Positions 39,910 to 48,194 of a stretch of 64,000 bases of DNA are shown here, piece after piece; the stretch's first letter is position 1, and every line of letters starts with the position of its first letter. This stretch comes from Escherichia phage vB_EcoP_SU7. The stretch lies in the sequence record NC_070980.1. The stretch is one strand, 5' to 3'. Both the position numbers and the translations under genes were made by a program. The notes under the pieces were generated by a model. That model saw only the letters and a list, made by a program, of their open reading frames with translations, ran no database searches and was not told the DNA's origin.

Positions 39910-41604
39910 ATGCATGTCAATAACCTTCGCACAACGAACACCATCCCGCTCAATCCATTTATTGAGGAATAGCATTGCATACTTCATAACAATCGCCCCA
40001 GCGCTCTGTAAGAGTGTATTTAAGGCTTTATGGACCATAACCTTTCCAGTTGCATCTCTTCTCATTGTAATACGACGTCCATCCACACCGTAGATATATC
40101 CACTTTGCGCTTTCTCTGTCATACGTTCAATAAGGATTGCAATACAAGGGTTCTCTGCTAAGAATCTTGCTCTCATGATAGCCCCTTCGTCAGAGCCACC
40201 ACCTACAATACTTCCTAACTTAGCGTCACCTGCCCCATAGTTAAAGGCATAGATAAACGTTTTAGCATTATCACGAGTAGGAAGGCCAGCAAGTTTTTGG
40301 TTATGTGAGTGAATATCTCCTTCTAAAAGAATATCTCTATACATAACAGCAGAAGCTAGACCACGTTCAGCTTCTCGTTTCTTAGCCGGGTTGTTTTCTC
40401 GCTCTGCTTCAGCGAGCATCTCACGACATTCTTTAATAAGGTAGTGAGCTAGCATCCTCAGCTCAAGACCAGAGCCATCGTAACCTAAGAAGATTTCACG
40501 ACCAGCAGGAACATAGAACTTATAGGCACCTACAGGTTTGTCTTTCTTGCCCGGTTTTCCCACTTCGTAGATAATGTTAGTACCCTTTCGTACGTAACAC
40601 CCATCAGGGATATGGTTGGTAATGATGAAAGGATGGTTATGACTATCGTCTGAGGAATAGTCAGATTGAAAAAGACTGCGGCACTCGTGACCAAACAAAC
40701 CGCGAGAAGGAATATTAACAACAATGCGATGTTTAAAACGAAATGTCGGAGTAGCGCAGCTATTAGCTTCGGCGGACAACTTACCATCTTTACGTTCCTT
40801 GTCGATAAGCCCGCTAATCAAACCTAGCCTGTGAGCCGCTACAACGCGTCTCTTAAGCAAACTTCCTACACCCCCTAGCTCACCCCCAAGCCCCTCTTCA
40901 AGAGTCTCCTCAAGGTTTGTAGGGGCTGTGGGCCACTTGTTTGATGTAGCCAAAGCTTTTTTGATTTCATCAAAGGTTACAGGTTTCTTCCTATTCGGAT
41001 TAAGACCTAAACCACTGACGTAGGCTTTCATGTAGTTGACAGTGTGATAACGGAAATGTTTATCCAAAAATCTTCGGATATCAGCATCTATCATCTCCGC
41101 TGTCTGTTTCTCTTTAGCATTACCTCGAATCCAAGCAGAATACCATGCAGAGTATGTACCATACTTCTTCATAGCTCTACGGATTTCAAATGTATTCCAA
41201 GGTTTCTTAGAATAATTCCACTCTGGAGGTATGAAGCCTTCGTCCATCAAGGCTTCTTTGATACGTGCATCTTTCGATGGGTCGAAGTCTACATACTCAA
41301 CGCAAGTAAACGCCCCACCGATATCTTCTCTTTTAAGACCAACTCTGTCACAATAGAGCTGAGGCCACTTCTGTAAAGCACCTGACTTCTTAAAAGGTTT
41401 CGAATAAGTTGAACCATCCACCCGCATTTTGGGGAGGAGAGGAATCAGTTCTTTATCAATATTGACAATAATCTCTTTGAGAAGGTGAACAAACCACCGA
41501 GCGTTTCTTCTGTTGAAGTTGACTCCATGCTTCGCTTGTTTTGAGATTATATCAGCGACTGTCATCTCCGTTATGAAAGGTAACTTATCAGGGTTATCCA
41601 TCAC
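39889..41604 (-). CDS. DNA polymerase A, polymerase domain (T7 gp5-like; putative exon 1)
   Basis: Motif B region RDNAKTFIYAFNYGAGDAKLG and downstream LLQSAGAIVMKYAM; ORF stops 5 codons after DMH, immediately before motif C. Confidence 0.85.
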   Translation of the reverse strand: MMDNPDKLPFITEMTVADIISKQAKHGVNFNRRNARWFVHLLKEIIVNIDKELIPLLPKMRVDGSTYSKPFKKSGALQKWPQLYCDRVGLKREDIGGAFTCVEYVDFDPSKDARIKEALMDEGFIPPEWNYSKKPWNTFEIRRAMKKYGTYSAWYSAWIRGNAKEKQTAEMIDADIRRFLDKHFRYHTVNYMKAYVSGLGLNPNRKKPVTFDEIKKALATSNKWPTAPTNLEETLEEGLGGELGGVGSLLKRRVVAAHRLGLISGLIDKERKDGKLSAEANSCATPTFRFKHRIVVNIPSRGLFGHECRSLFQSDYSSDDSHNHPFIITNHIPDGCYVRKGTNIIYEVGKPGKKDKPVGAYKFYVPAGREIFLGYDGSGLELRMLAHYLIKECREMLAEAERENNPAKKREAERGLASAVMYRDILLEGDIHSHNQKLAGLPTRDNAKTFIYAFNYGAGDAKLGSIVGGGSDEGAIMRARFLAENPCIAILIERMTEKAQSGYIYGVDGRRITMRRDATGKVMVHKALNTLLQSAGAIVMKYAMLFLNKWIERDGVRCAKVIDMHKLSLCM

Positions 41605-41617
41605 CCACTCCTTATAG

Positions 41618-41971
41618 TTATTGGTATATTAAGTCTGTGAATGCTTGGTTGTCTTCAACAATATCTAAAGCTTCATATGAATCAGCCAATTCATCCACAT
41701 AAAAGACTGCTGGAATATCTTCTGCTCGCTGTCTACGAGATTCCCTTTGTTCATTGATATTTCTTTGAACCTGTGCAAGTTTCATACCCCACACCTGCTC
41801 ATACAACTCTGGATATTTGTCACTAACCACTACATAATTTCGAGCTGGTTGGTTTCTATTAATCTTCGCTGTCAACTCAATAAACTGGCGAAACTCTTGA
41901 ATAGAGAGGTTGTCATGAATATTATCCCATTTGAGAACGCAGTGACGTTCTAGGCGTTGAGGTACTGGCAT
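41618..41971 (-). CDS. Hypothetical protein
   Basis: 117-aa ORF. Confidence 0.4.
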   Translation of the reverse strand: MPVPQRLERHCVLKWDNIHDNLSIQEFRQFIELTAKINRNQPARNYVVVSDKYPELYEQVWGMKLAQVQRNINEQRESRRQRAEDIPAVFYVDELADSYEALDIVEDNQAFTDLIYQ

Positions 41972-41974
41972 AAC

Positions 41975-42244
41975 TTACTCCACTGTCGGGAATGGTTTTA
42001 GGTTGTTCATGGCTGTACGAACATCAGCACAGATTTCAGGATCACGATAAGAGAGGAATTTACCATCCTTACCACGAATCATTACATTAGTCCGTGCTGT
42101 TTTATTAGGCAATAAAGAAATCCCTCCAATAAGATGGTTGGTAGGGTGTTGTCCTTGATTAACCTTGTAGTCATGAGTCTGAGCGTCACCATTAAAGAGA
42201 TGATCACGAATTTGGATTAAGCTAATCTTCATATTATGCACCAA
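41975..42244 (-). CDS. Hypothetical small protein (paralogue of 42234-42485)
   Basis: Shares KTARTNV(M/A)(I/L)RG(K/P)DGKF(L/I)S(Y/F)RD...NLKPFP with the adjacent ORF. Confidence 0.4.
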   Translation of the reverse strand: MVHNMKISLIQIRDHLFNGDAQTHDYKVNQGQHPTNHLIGGISLLPNKTARTNVMIRGKDGKFLSYRDPEICADVRTAMNNLKPFPTVE

Positions 42245-42485
42245 AATTAGGGAAAGGTTTCAGATTTTCAATAGACTTAGCAATACGCTTAGGAACAGCC
42301 TTATCACGGAAGGAGATGAACTTTCCATCAGGACCACGAAGGGCTACATTAGTACGAGCTGTTGTTTTGTTAAACTGAATCATCTCAACAGAGCTTGTAA
42401 CATTTTCTACAGGAAAAGTATAGCTCTCAGTTGTGTTCAGAGAAGGGAGGAAATCAGTTACAGTGATGTAAGTTACTTTAGACAT
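42234..42485 (-). CDS. Hypothetical small protein (paralogue of 41975-42244)
   Basis: ATG 42485 preferred; the track's GTG start at 42521 lies inside a terminator hairpin. Confidence 0.4.
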   Translation of the reverse strand: MSKVTYITVTDFLPSLNTTESYTFPVENVTSSVEMIQFNKTTARTNVALRGPDGKFISFRDKAVPKRIAKSIENLKPFPNFGA

Positions 42486-42515
42486 ATTTATTACCTTAGG
42501 TTCTATAAAAGAAAA

Positions 42516-42540
42516 GGCCACCCGAAATGGGTAGCCTTAT
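42516..42540 (-). terminator. Terminator-like hairpin (same family)
   Basis: GGCCACCC...GGGTAGCC stem (one mismatch) followed by T-run on the minus strand. Confidence 0.45.
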
Positions 42541-42541
42541 A

Positions 42542-42859
42542 TCAACTTGAGCTTAAAGCTCCTTTGCGACCGCCTGCTGATTTTCCAGCACGATCTCCAC
42601 TTTTGCCGCCGTTCGAGCGATTTCGAGAGACTGATTCAACACGTAAGTTACTTGACGCATTAGAACCTCCCGACTTGATTGATCGTTTGTGTCCAACATC
42701 TTTACCTCGGACAGCAGCTTTTCCATCGCGCTTTTCAACGATGCGACGTGCACGGTGGCGCTGAGCATCTCCGCTCTTGCTCCCAATTCCCGTTTCACCG
42801 CGCTTGATCGCAGTCCTTCTTTCTTGAGCATAGTCTCTTTTTCCTACATGATCTGCCAT
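42542..42859 (-). CDS. Hypothetical basic Gly/Ser/Lys/Arg-rich protein
   Basis: 105-aa low-complexity basic ORF; an alternative helical ORF (42553-42831) occupies the same DNA in another frame, so the true frame is unresolved. Confidence 0.3.
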   Translation of the reverse strand: MADHVGKRDYAQERRTAIKRGETGIGSKSGDAQRHRARRIVEKRDGKAAVRGKDVGHKRSIKSGGSNASSNLRVESVSRNRSNGGKSGDRAGKSAGGRKGALSSS

Positions 42860-43188
42860 TAGATTTCTCCTGATTCTCTTTGGTTAAAGGTGTGGATGGC
42901 GTGGCAATTAGCACACAATATCCTGCACTTCCTCATCTCTTCTTTTATTTGAGATAAAGATCTGGTGTGCCCTTTGGAGAGTTCGAATGACTTAGTTAAT
43001 GGATTTAAATGATCAAACTGAAGAGCAGATGCGTGGCCTTTAAAACCACATTCAGAGCACCCGTAGAATGTTTTAACTCTACGAATAAAAGCTAGTTGCC
43101 TAAACCTTCTTCTCTCATTGTCTGCTTTTCTCTTATCTCTATTTCCTGGGTCGGCCCATCTACACGAGTCATTGCAAAACCTCTGCAT
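42859..43188 (-). CDS. HNH endonuclease
   Basis: CSECGF...QFDHLNP...LCANCH motif. Confidence 0.65.
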   Translation of the reverse strand: MQRFCNDSCRWADPGNRDKRKADNERRRFRQLAFIRRVKTFYGCSECGFKGHASALQFDHLNPLTKSFELSKGHTRSLSQIKEEMRKCRILCANCHAIHTFNQRESGEI

Positions 43189-43421
43189 TATATACTTCGT
43201 TACAAATGGTACCTTACAGGTTTCACATTCCTTGTGGTATGTTGCTATTTTGACCCCCTACTCAGTGTAAACAAAACCTTCTTTATCGGCTGACTCTTTT
43301 GCAAAAGTTTTTGCATCTTCAAGAGTGTCAAAAGTCTCAGTGATATAAACTTCTCGAGGCCCGTTTTTGTATACTACAGAAAACTTACCACCCTTAAGTT
43401 CTATTGGTTTCACAACAGTAC

Positions 43422-44162
43422 TCATTGAGACCCCTTCTCCATTGCTTTAACAATCGCCTTACAGAAACCAGAACGAACAATGTCATCTGATTCACCATCT
43501 ACAATCTCAGCGAACTCATACAGATCATGTTCATCAATAAAGTTAGTAGCCCAAGTAAGACCACTCTCACGACCACGCATATCATGCTGGTTAGTATCAC
43601 CCATGCAGAACAGCTGAGAGGTTTCTCCCAATCGGGTCATGATTGAGAAGGCTTCATCCTTAGTTGTGTTCTGGAACTCATCTACGATAACAATAGCATC
43701 ATTGAAAGAACGACCACGGAGATATTCCAGAGGTACGAACTCAATGTTACTGTTACCGAGCTGGCATTCATAGAACCCCTTACCATATCGCTGAGTAATA
43801 ACATCAATGATGGGCATCAGGTAAGGTTCAAACTTCTCACGCATTCCTCCCGGAAGTAACCCAAGAGAGTTGCCCATGCCAACTGAAGGTCGACTCAGAA
43901 TGATCTTCTGAATCTTACCGCTCTTCAGTGCATCAATAACTGTGGAAGTGATTACAAAGGTCTTACCACAGCCCGCAGGAGCGTCTGTGAACACAACTTG
44001 TTTAGTCTTAATAGCATTGAGTAGCTCAGACTGAAACTGGTTCTGAGGGACTACAGGCTTTGCTAAAACCACCTCTTCATACTCTCGCTTACCCTTATGA
44101 GTAACAAGTGCTTCCCGACGAAGGTCTTTCCGTGATTCTTTCCGTGATTGACGACGACTCAT
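43422..44162 (-). CDS. phoH: PhoH-like ATPase
   Basis: Walker A VVFTDAPAGCGKTF and Walker B AIVIVDEFQN. Confidence 0.8.
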   Translation of the reverse strand: MSRRQSRKESRKDLRREALVTHKGKREYEEVVLAKPVVPQNQFQSELLNAIKTKQVVFTDAPAGCGKTFVITSTVIDALKSGKIQKIILSRPSVGMGNSLGLLPGGMREKFEPYLMPIIDVITQRYGKGFYECQLGNSNIEFVPLEYLRGRSFNDAIVIVDEFQNTTKDEAFSIMTRLGETSQLFCMGDTNQHDMRGRESGLTWATNFIDEHDLYEFAEIVDGESDDIVRSGFCKAIVKAMEKGSQ

Positions 44163-44344
44163 TTACGCTCTCCAATTTCTTCGTAATGACACTCAGTAGT
44201 TAAGCAATCTTTACAGATTGCTGTATAAACCCTGACGTTAGTAAATCGTTTGTTCTTCCCTTTGGTTGGAGAGCCTTTAGCAAGCTCTCTGATAACCTTG
44301 TTACTTAAATGAAGGTTTGTTCCTTCACATCTAGAGCACTTCAT
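44159..44344 (-). CDS. Hypothetical small Zn-ribbon protein
   Basis: CSRC...CKDC pairs. Confidence 0.35.
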   Translation of the reverse strand: MKCSRCEGTNLHLSNKVIRELAKGSPTKGKNKRFTNVRVYTAICKDCLTTECHYEEIGERK

Positions 44345-44660
44345 GGTTCATGTCTTTATGAATCCTGTAAACAGCTGTCGCCATACAAGCAACAGCCTCG
44401 TTGTGTGGGAGATGCATTCCTGTAGAACCATCCCAATCTTTGAACTCAGCGTCAAAGACTCCGGTAGGCTCTGGATACAGAGCTTGCAGCTCCACTAGAT
44501 CATTAGCAACTTGTTGCCATTTATCATCAGACCAGATAGGGTCATCCAACCAGTAATACAAATAGGAATGGATGATCAATTGCCTTCTGTGCCGATTTAT
44601 TACTTCAGCGGGACTTATCTCACTTCCATTTGAAGTCCTAAATGTATTACTGTCAATCAT
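44331..44660 (-). CDS. Small protein resembling the N-terminal Ia domain of NAD-dependent DNA ligase
   Basis: LIIHSYLYYWLDDPIWSDDKWQQVANDLVELQALYPEP parallels the LigA N-terminal H.YLY..D.P.I.D..YD.L..EL...PE pattern; only 109 aa, no adenylation domain. Confidence 0.35.
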   Translation of the reverse strand: MIDSNTFRTSNGSEISPAEVINRHRRQLIIHSYLYYWLDDPIWSDDKWQQVANDLVELQALYPEPTGVFDAEFKDWDGSTGMHLPHNEAVACMATAVYRIHKDMNHEVL

Positions 44661-44842
44661 TTCACAACCTTAAATTTGAATGTTGTTGGGTGATAATAGT
44701 GCAACCTGTTAATGGTGTGCTTTGTTTCAAGGTATAACCTGCAAGAGTGACACATGACATGAGTCAAACCGGTTACAGGATTAGGTTTAAAGTTGGCGAC
44801 AGTCTTCTCTTTCTTACAGAAGCTACAGACTTTCTTTTCCAT
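44657..44842 (-). CDS. Hypothetical Zn-finger protein
   Basis: CSFCKK...CHSCR motif; start set at internal Met. Confidence 0.35.
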   Translation of the reverse strand: MEKKVCSFCKKEKTVANFKPNPVTGLTHVMCHSCRLYLETKHTINRLHYYHPTTFKFKVVK

Positions 44843-45056
44843 CTTTTCTCCAGTGGTCAACGAATTGCTGAAACACTTTATGGTCGAAGGTGAAACCGCG
44901 AGCAATCCCACACTCTACGAAAGTAGAAGGCATATAATCTACATCACCTTCAGATGTATGACCATAGATTTGAATAAGCTTCTTAATCTTATCCTTCTCT
45001 CTTCGAGGAAGCATTCTAAATGCCTCCTGAATATCTGTAATATGTTTTATCTTCAT
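44823..45056 (-). CDS. Hypothetical protein
   Basis: 77-aa ORF. Confidence 0.3.
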   Translation of the reverse strand: MKIKHITDIQEAFRMLPRREKDKIKKLIQIYGHTSEGDVDYMPSTFVECGIARGFTFDHKVFQQFVDHWRKDGKESL

Positions 45057-45202
45057 AAGAAATTCCTGCTAATCCTCTGAGTTGTGGGAACAGCAATATT
45101 CACATACTCCACAACAAGGGCAGATTTCTACACTTGGGTCATATGCATCATCAACTGTCATCCCACACTTGGTGCAGAACACGTCATCATCTTCTTCCAA
45201 TA

Positions 45203-45850
45203 TTAACTCTCCAAAGTTTTCTTCAGGGCTGCCCACGAGATTGGGTAGAGTTTAGCCATCTCTTCGTCTAGAGATTGGGCAAACACTCGAACTTCATATT
45301 GAGCGTGAGATGAGAGTCGCTGACGACACAACTCAAACCAGCCATACAAAGAACCAGTCCAGTACCAAGTAGTTATCATACCTTGAGGCAAAACAAATCT
45401 AGCCTGTTCCGGAGCAATAAATTTAATCAATTCATCATAACTAGCAAGAGATGCTTCATACGCAGAGTTAAACAAAGCCAAAGCTTTTGCCTCCTCTTCC
45501 CCTTCAAGAAGCGCTCCAGAACCAGAGTGTAAATCATCTGGACGAGAGAAAATTTCTTTAGGTATGAAAATATCCACTGCTCCGTCTTTGTATCTACGAC
45601 TCATCTCATTCCAAGAGAATCCAACTTGATGTTTTTGTAGCTGTCGTGCGATTGCTATCGGGGCTTCACACCGGAAGCTTGCTTGTGGGTGACGAAAAGG
45701 GCTTACATGGCGTTCTCGAGCTAAGAAGTTAATAAGCCGAGTATCATTTTCTTTCAGCTCCTCCCTTTCTACTCCCATAGTTACACGAGCGGCATTTACC
45801 ACAGTAAGGTCTGATCCGAAGTTATCAATTAGTGAAGCTTTGATTGTCAT
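45203..45850 (-). CDS. thyX: Flavin-dependent thymidylate synthase (ThyX-like)
   Basis: ThyX-like ...FRHPQASFRCEAPIAIARQLQKHQVGFSWNEMSRRY; the usual RHR triad appears as KHQ here, but the alignment is by eye. Confidence 0.7.
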   Translation of the reverse strand: MTIKASLIDNFGSDLTVVNAARVTMGVEREELKENDTRLINFLARERHVSPFRHPQASFRCEAPIAIARQLQKHQVGFSWNEMSRRYKDGAVDIFIPKEIFSRPDDLHSGSGALLEGEEEAKALALFNSAYEASLASYDELIKFIAPEQARFVLPQGMITTWYWTGSLYGWFELCRQRLSSHAQYEVRVFAQSLDEEMAKLYPISWAALKKTLES

Positions 45851-46316
45851 TTATATAAATCTCCTTGACTTTATTATATTCCCTAGAGGCCTCTTCTACG
45901 GTTGAGAAGAGTCCTATATGCTTAGATTTAAATACAGCCCGATAAGCAATAGAACCACTTTTCCTTTTATGAACAGTTACTCCAATTACTCCAGTGGATA
46001 AGTTATTACTCTGTGCTACCCTATTAAGACTGTTTCCTGCTTTAGTAGTCCCTCTAAGATTCTCTCTTTTGTTGTTCAACCTGTTGCGGTCCAAGTGGTC
46101 TACCTCTTCAGGAAGCGAACCAGTGTCCCACCAGTAAGCAAGACGGTGAGCGTAATACTTAACACCTTTATAGATGATTCTCAAATACCCATTGGTATTT
46201 ACAGAACCAGCTATAGATCCTTTGTGTCCTTTTCCATAAGTTTTAACCCATCGGAAATCTCCAGTCAAAGGGTCGTAATCAAGAGCTTCTTTTATTGATA
46301 GGTCAATGTCATTCAT
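45825..46316 (-). CDS. HNH-AP2 homing endonuclease
   Basis: HNH_3 motif YAHRLAYWW...VDHLDRNRLNNKRENLR plus AP2-like C-terminal domain; overlaps the thyX start. Confidence 0.7.
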   Translation of the reverse strand: MNDIDLSIKEALDYDPLTGDFRWVKTYGKGHKGSIAGSVNTNGYLRIIYKGVKYYAHRLAYWWDTGSLPEEVDHLDRNRLNNKRENLRGTTKAGNSLNRVAQSNNLSTGVIGVTVHKRKSGSIAYRAVFKSKHIGLFSTVEEASREYNKVKEIYINDNQSFTN

Positions 46317-46331
46317 CCGTGAACTTCCTTA

Positions 46332-46607
46332 TTACTTTTTGTTCAGAGCTGTATCCAAAAAGGCTTTCAGGTTTGCTTCAGTTTGCATACCGGACAAGCT
46401 GTAATGAGCACCACTGTTCTTATCAGGGATGACAAAGGCTGGGATACTGCGAACACCATATTCAATGGCTCGCTCTCGACCATCACCTTCGGTGATATTT
46501 ACTTCTTCAACTTCTACGTTGTAATCATCTACAACCTTCTTAAACACAGGAGCCATAGCTGCACAAGGTGCACATGAATTACTATAAAACTTAATCACTT
46601 TACTCAT
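46332..46607 (-). CDS. Thioredoxin/glutaredoxin-fold protein
   Basis: ATG 46607; active-site SCAPC (CxxC) near the N-terminus, about 91 aa. Confidence 0.6.
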   Translation of the reverse strand: MSKVIKFYSNSCAPCAAMAPVFKKVVDDYNVEVEEVNITEGDGRERAIEYGVRSIPAFVIPDKNSGAHYSLSGMQTEANLKAFLDTALNKK

Positions 46608-46797
46608 TCTATTCCTTGTTAATAAACAGGTTGATATGACGCTGGGTAGCAGGAACAACAATAAAAGATTTATACTGACCTTTTGCTAAGTCATGAGCAA
46701 TCTTCTTTGTCTGACCAAGACCCATCACACAGCCACTAACGATAATGGCATGTGCTTGTAATTCTTCAGGTAGGTTTAGTTTCACTCTTTGGGTTCC

Positions 46798-46983
46798 TTA
46801 TAGCATACAAAGAATAATAACAAGAGGTAGTGTTATAGCAAAATGTACCAGAACAACACTACCTAGCTTGATAGCTTTAACATCCTCTTCTGCTGGGTTT
46901 TCTTTAATTGCTAAATTTCGAGCTTTATATATAACAGTACCAACTATTAACGACCACACGGCCCACACAATCAGTGAAATCAT
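46798..46983 (-). CDS. Small membrane protein (paralogue A)
   Basis: Two hydrophobic helices flanking ...KENPAEEDVKAIKLGS...; paralogous to 46993-47214. Confidence 0.4.
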   Translation of the reverse strand: MISLIVWAVWSLIVGTVIYKARNLAIKENPAEEDVKAIKLGSVVLVHFAITLPLVIILCML

Positions 46984-46992
46984 ATCAAACCC

Positions 46993-47214
46993 TTATGCAG
47001 TCAACAGGTGGAGAAGGAAAGGAATCACAATAGTACAAACTACCAGAGCGATGCTGCCATGTTTAATAGCTTTAGCTTCACTTGGATTTTCTTTAAGCAT
47101 CTGCTTCTGGGCCAGATAGACGATACCACCAATAATGATTGCCCAAAAAGACCATACGATTGCTGAAAACATATTCACATCCTTATAAAGAAGTTCGCCC
47201 CACCTCTTAAACAA
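46993..47214 (-). CDS. Small membrane protein (paralogue B)
   Basis: Same architecture (...KENPSEAKAIKHGS...). Confidence 0.4.
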   Translation of the reverse strand: MFKRWGELLYKDVNMFSAIVWSFWAIIIGGIVYLAQKQMLKENPSEAKAIKHGSIALVVCTIVIPFLLHLLTA

Positions 47215-47235
47215 AGAGACAGGGCGGAGGTTTGA

Positions 47236-47811
47236 TTAGTAAGACACATCACCACTAGAGTGGGACATGTTGCTCTTGACGAAGTAACAGAACTTGCCAA
47301 GACCTTCATTAATTTCTTGAAGCATACTCTGGTCCACTGGATAGGTGCACAAGTCTGAATCAAACTCATCCATCTTCTCAATGATACACATAAGAGTCAT
47401 GCACATGTCGGAAAGCATACCGTCCATGTCAAGATCAGCGTTACCTTCTCGGAACCAAGCATGACCTAAATAATTACTAGCAGTAGCATCCACCTTAACA
47501 CAATGAAAGCGCATACGCTCTGCTATTCGGTCGCCTGCCTCACGAGCATAATCTTCTAGTTCATCGAACATACCATGAACACCTTGGAAACCAGCTCCAG
47601 AGACGTTCCAGTGGTAGTTCTTTGCTTTGATGTGTAGAAGTTCAAGGTTAGCTTGCACACCACACAAGATGTGTTCTAAGCTGTTACCGCTAATCAGTTT
47701 ATTCATTCCCTCAAGACGAGAGATAGAAGAGTCAGTAGTAGAGAATGGGTTGCTAGAACCCACTCGTGTTAGTTCTGGTAAGTCGAAGACATTATTATGC
47801 ATTAGGTGCAT
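47236..47811 (-). CDS. Dps-like ferritin (DNA-protection/ferroxidase family)
   Basis: HWNVSGAGFQGVHGMFDELEDYAREAGDRIAERM matches the Dps ferroxidase-centre pattern. Confidence 0.65.
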   Translation of the reverse strand: MHLMHNNVFDLPELTRVGSSNPFSTTDSSISRLEGMNKLISGNSLEHILCGVQANLELLHIKAKNYHWNVSGAGFQGVHGMFDELEDYAREAGDRIAERMRFHCVKVDATASNYLGHAWFREGNADLDMDGMLSDMCMTLMCIIEKMDEFDSDLCTYPVDQSMLQEINEGLGKFCYFVKSNMSHSSGDVSY

Positions 47812-48142
47812 CCCCTTCTAAGTTAGTTGAATTAGCTACATTACGAGCAATGTTATCCATGACCTGCTGTGTAATAACAATGCAATTCTGAGGGTCTACT
47901 GATTTAGAACGCCCCATCTCAGGGTCATAGACTTTGACTCGCTTGGCTGTTGAGCCAGTAACTTGCAACACTTTGAGAAGATAGCCTTGGTTTCCAATAG
48001 ACCATGCAACAACATCACGATTCTTGATATAACGACCAAGCATGTCACGATGATAGAACTGCTGCATAACTTTAGCTTTGCTAATCTCTTCAGATGGCGG
48101 GGCCACTTTACTCAAATCTAACATAACTCTCTCCTGTTTCAT
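47795..48142 (-). CDS. Hypothetical protein
   Basis: 115-aa ORF. Confidence 0.4.
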   Translation of the reverse strand: MKQERVMLDLSKVAPPSEEISKAKVMQQFYHRDMLGRYIKNRDVVAWSIGNQGYLLKVLQVTGSTAKRVKVYDPEMGRSKSVDPQNCIVITQQVMDNIARNVANSTNLEGDAPNA

Positions 48143-48194
48143 ACAATATTCTTATACTGTATATACATTTGAGAGTTATCATATCTACTACCAA

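Noticed and set aside
42553-42831. Alternative-frame 92-aa ORF overlapping 42542-42859
   Set aside because: The two frames cannot be distinguished by eye; the longer ORF was listed and the ambiguity recorded as a finding.
45057-45260. Cys-rich small ORF (...CTKCGMTVDDAYDPSVEICPCCGVCEYCC...) overlapping the thyX 3' end on the minus strand
   Set aside because: No in-frame ATG with an SD; it would need a GTG/TTG start inside thyX. Unsupported without expression data.
46609-46785. GTG-initiated 58-aa ORF between the membrane-protein paralogues and thioredoxin
   Set aside because: Non-ATG start, below size cutoff, no motif; may be real but not supportable from sequence alone.
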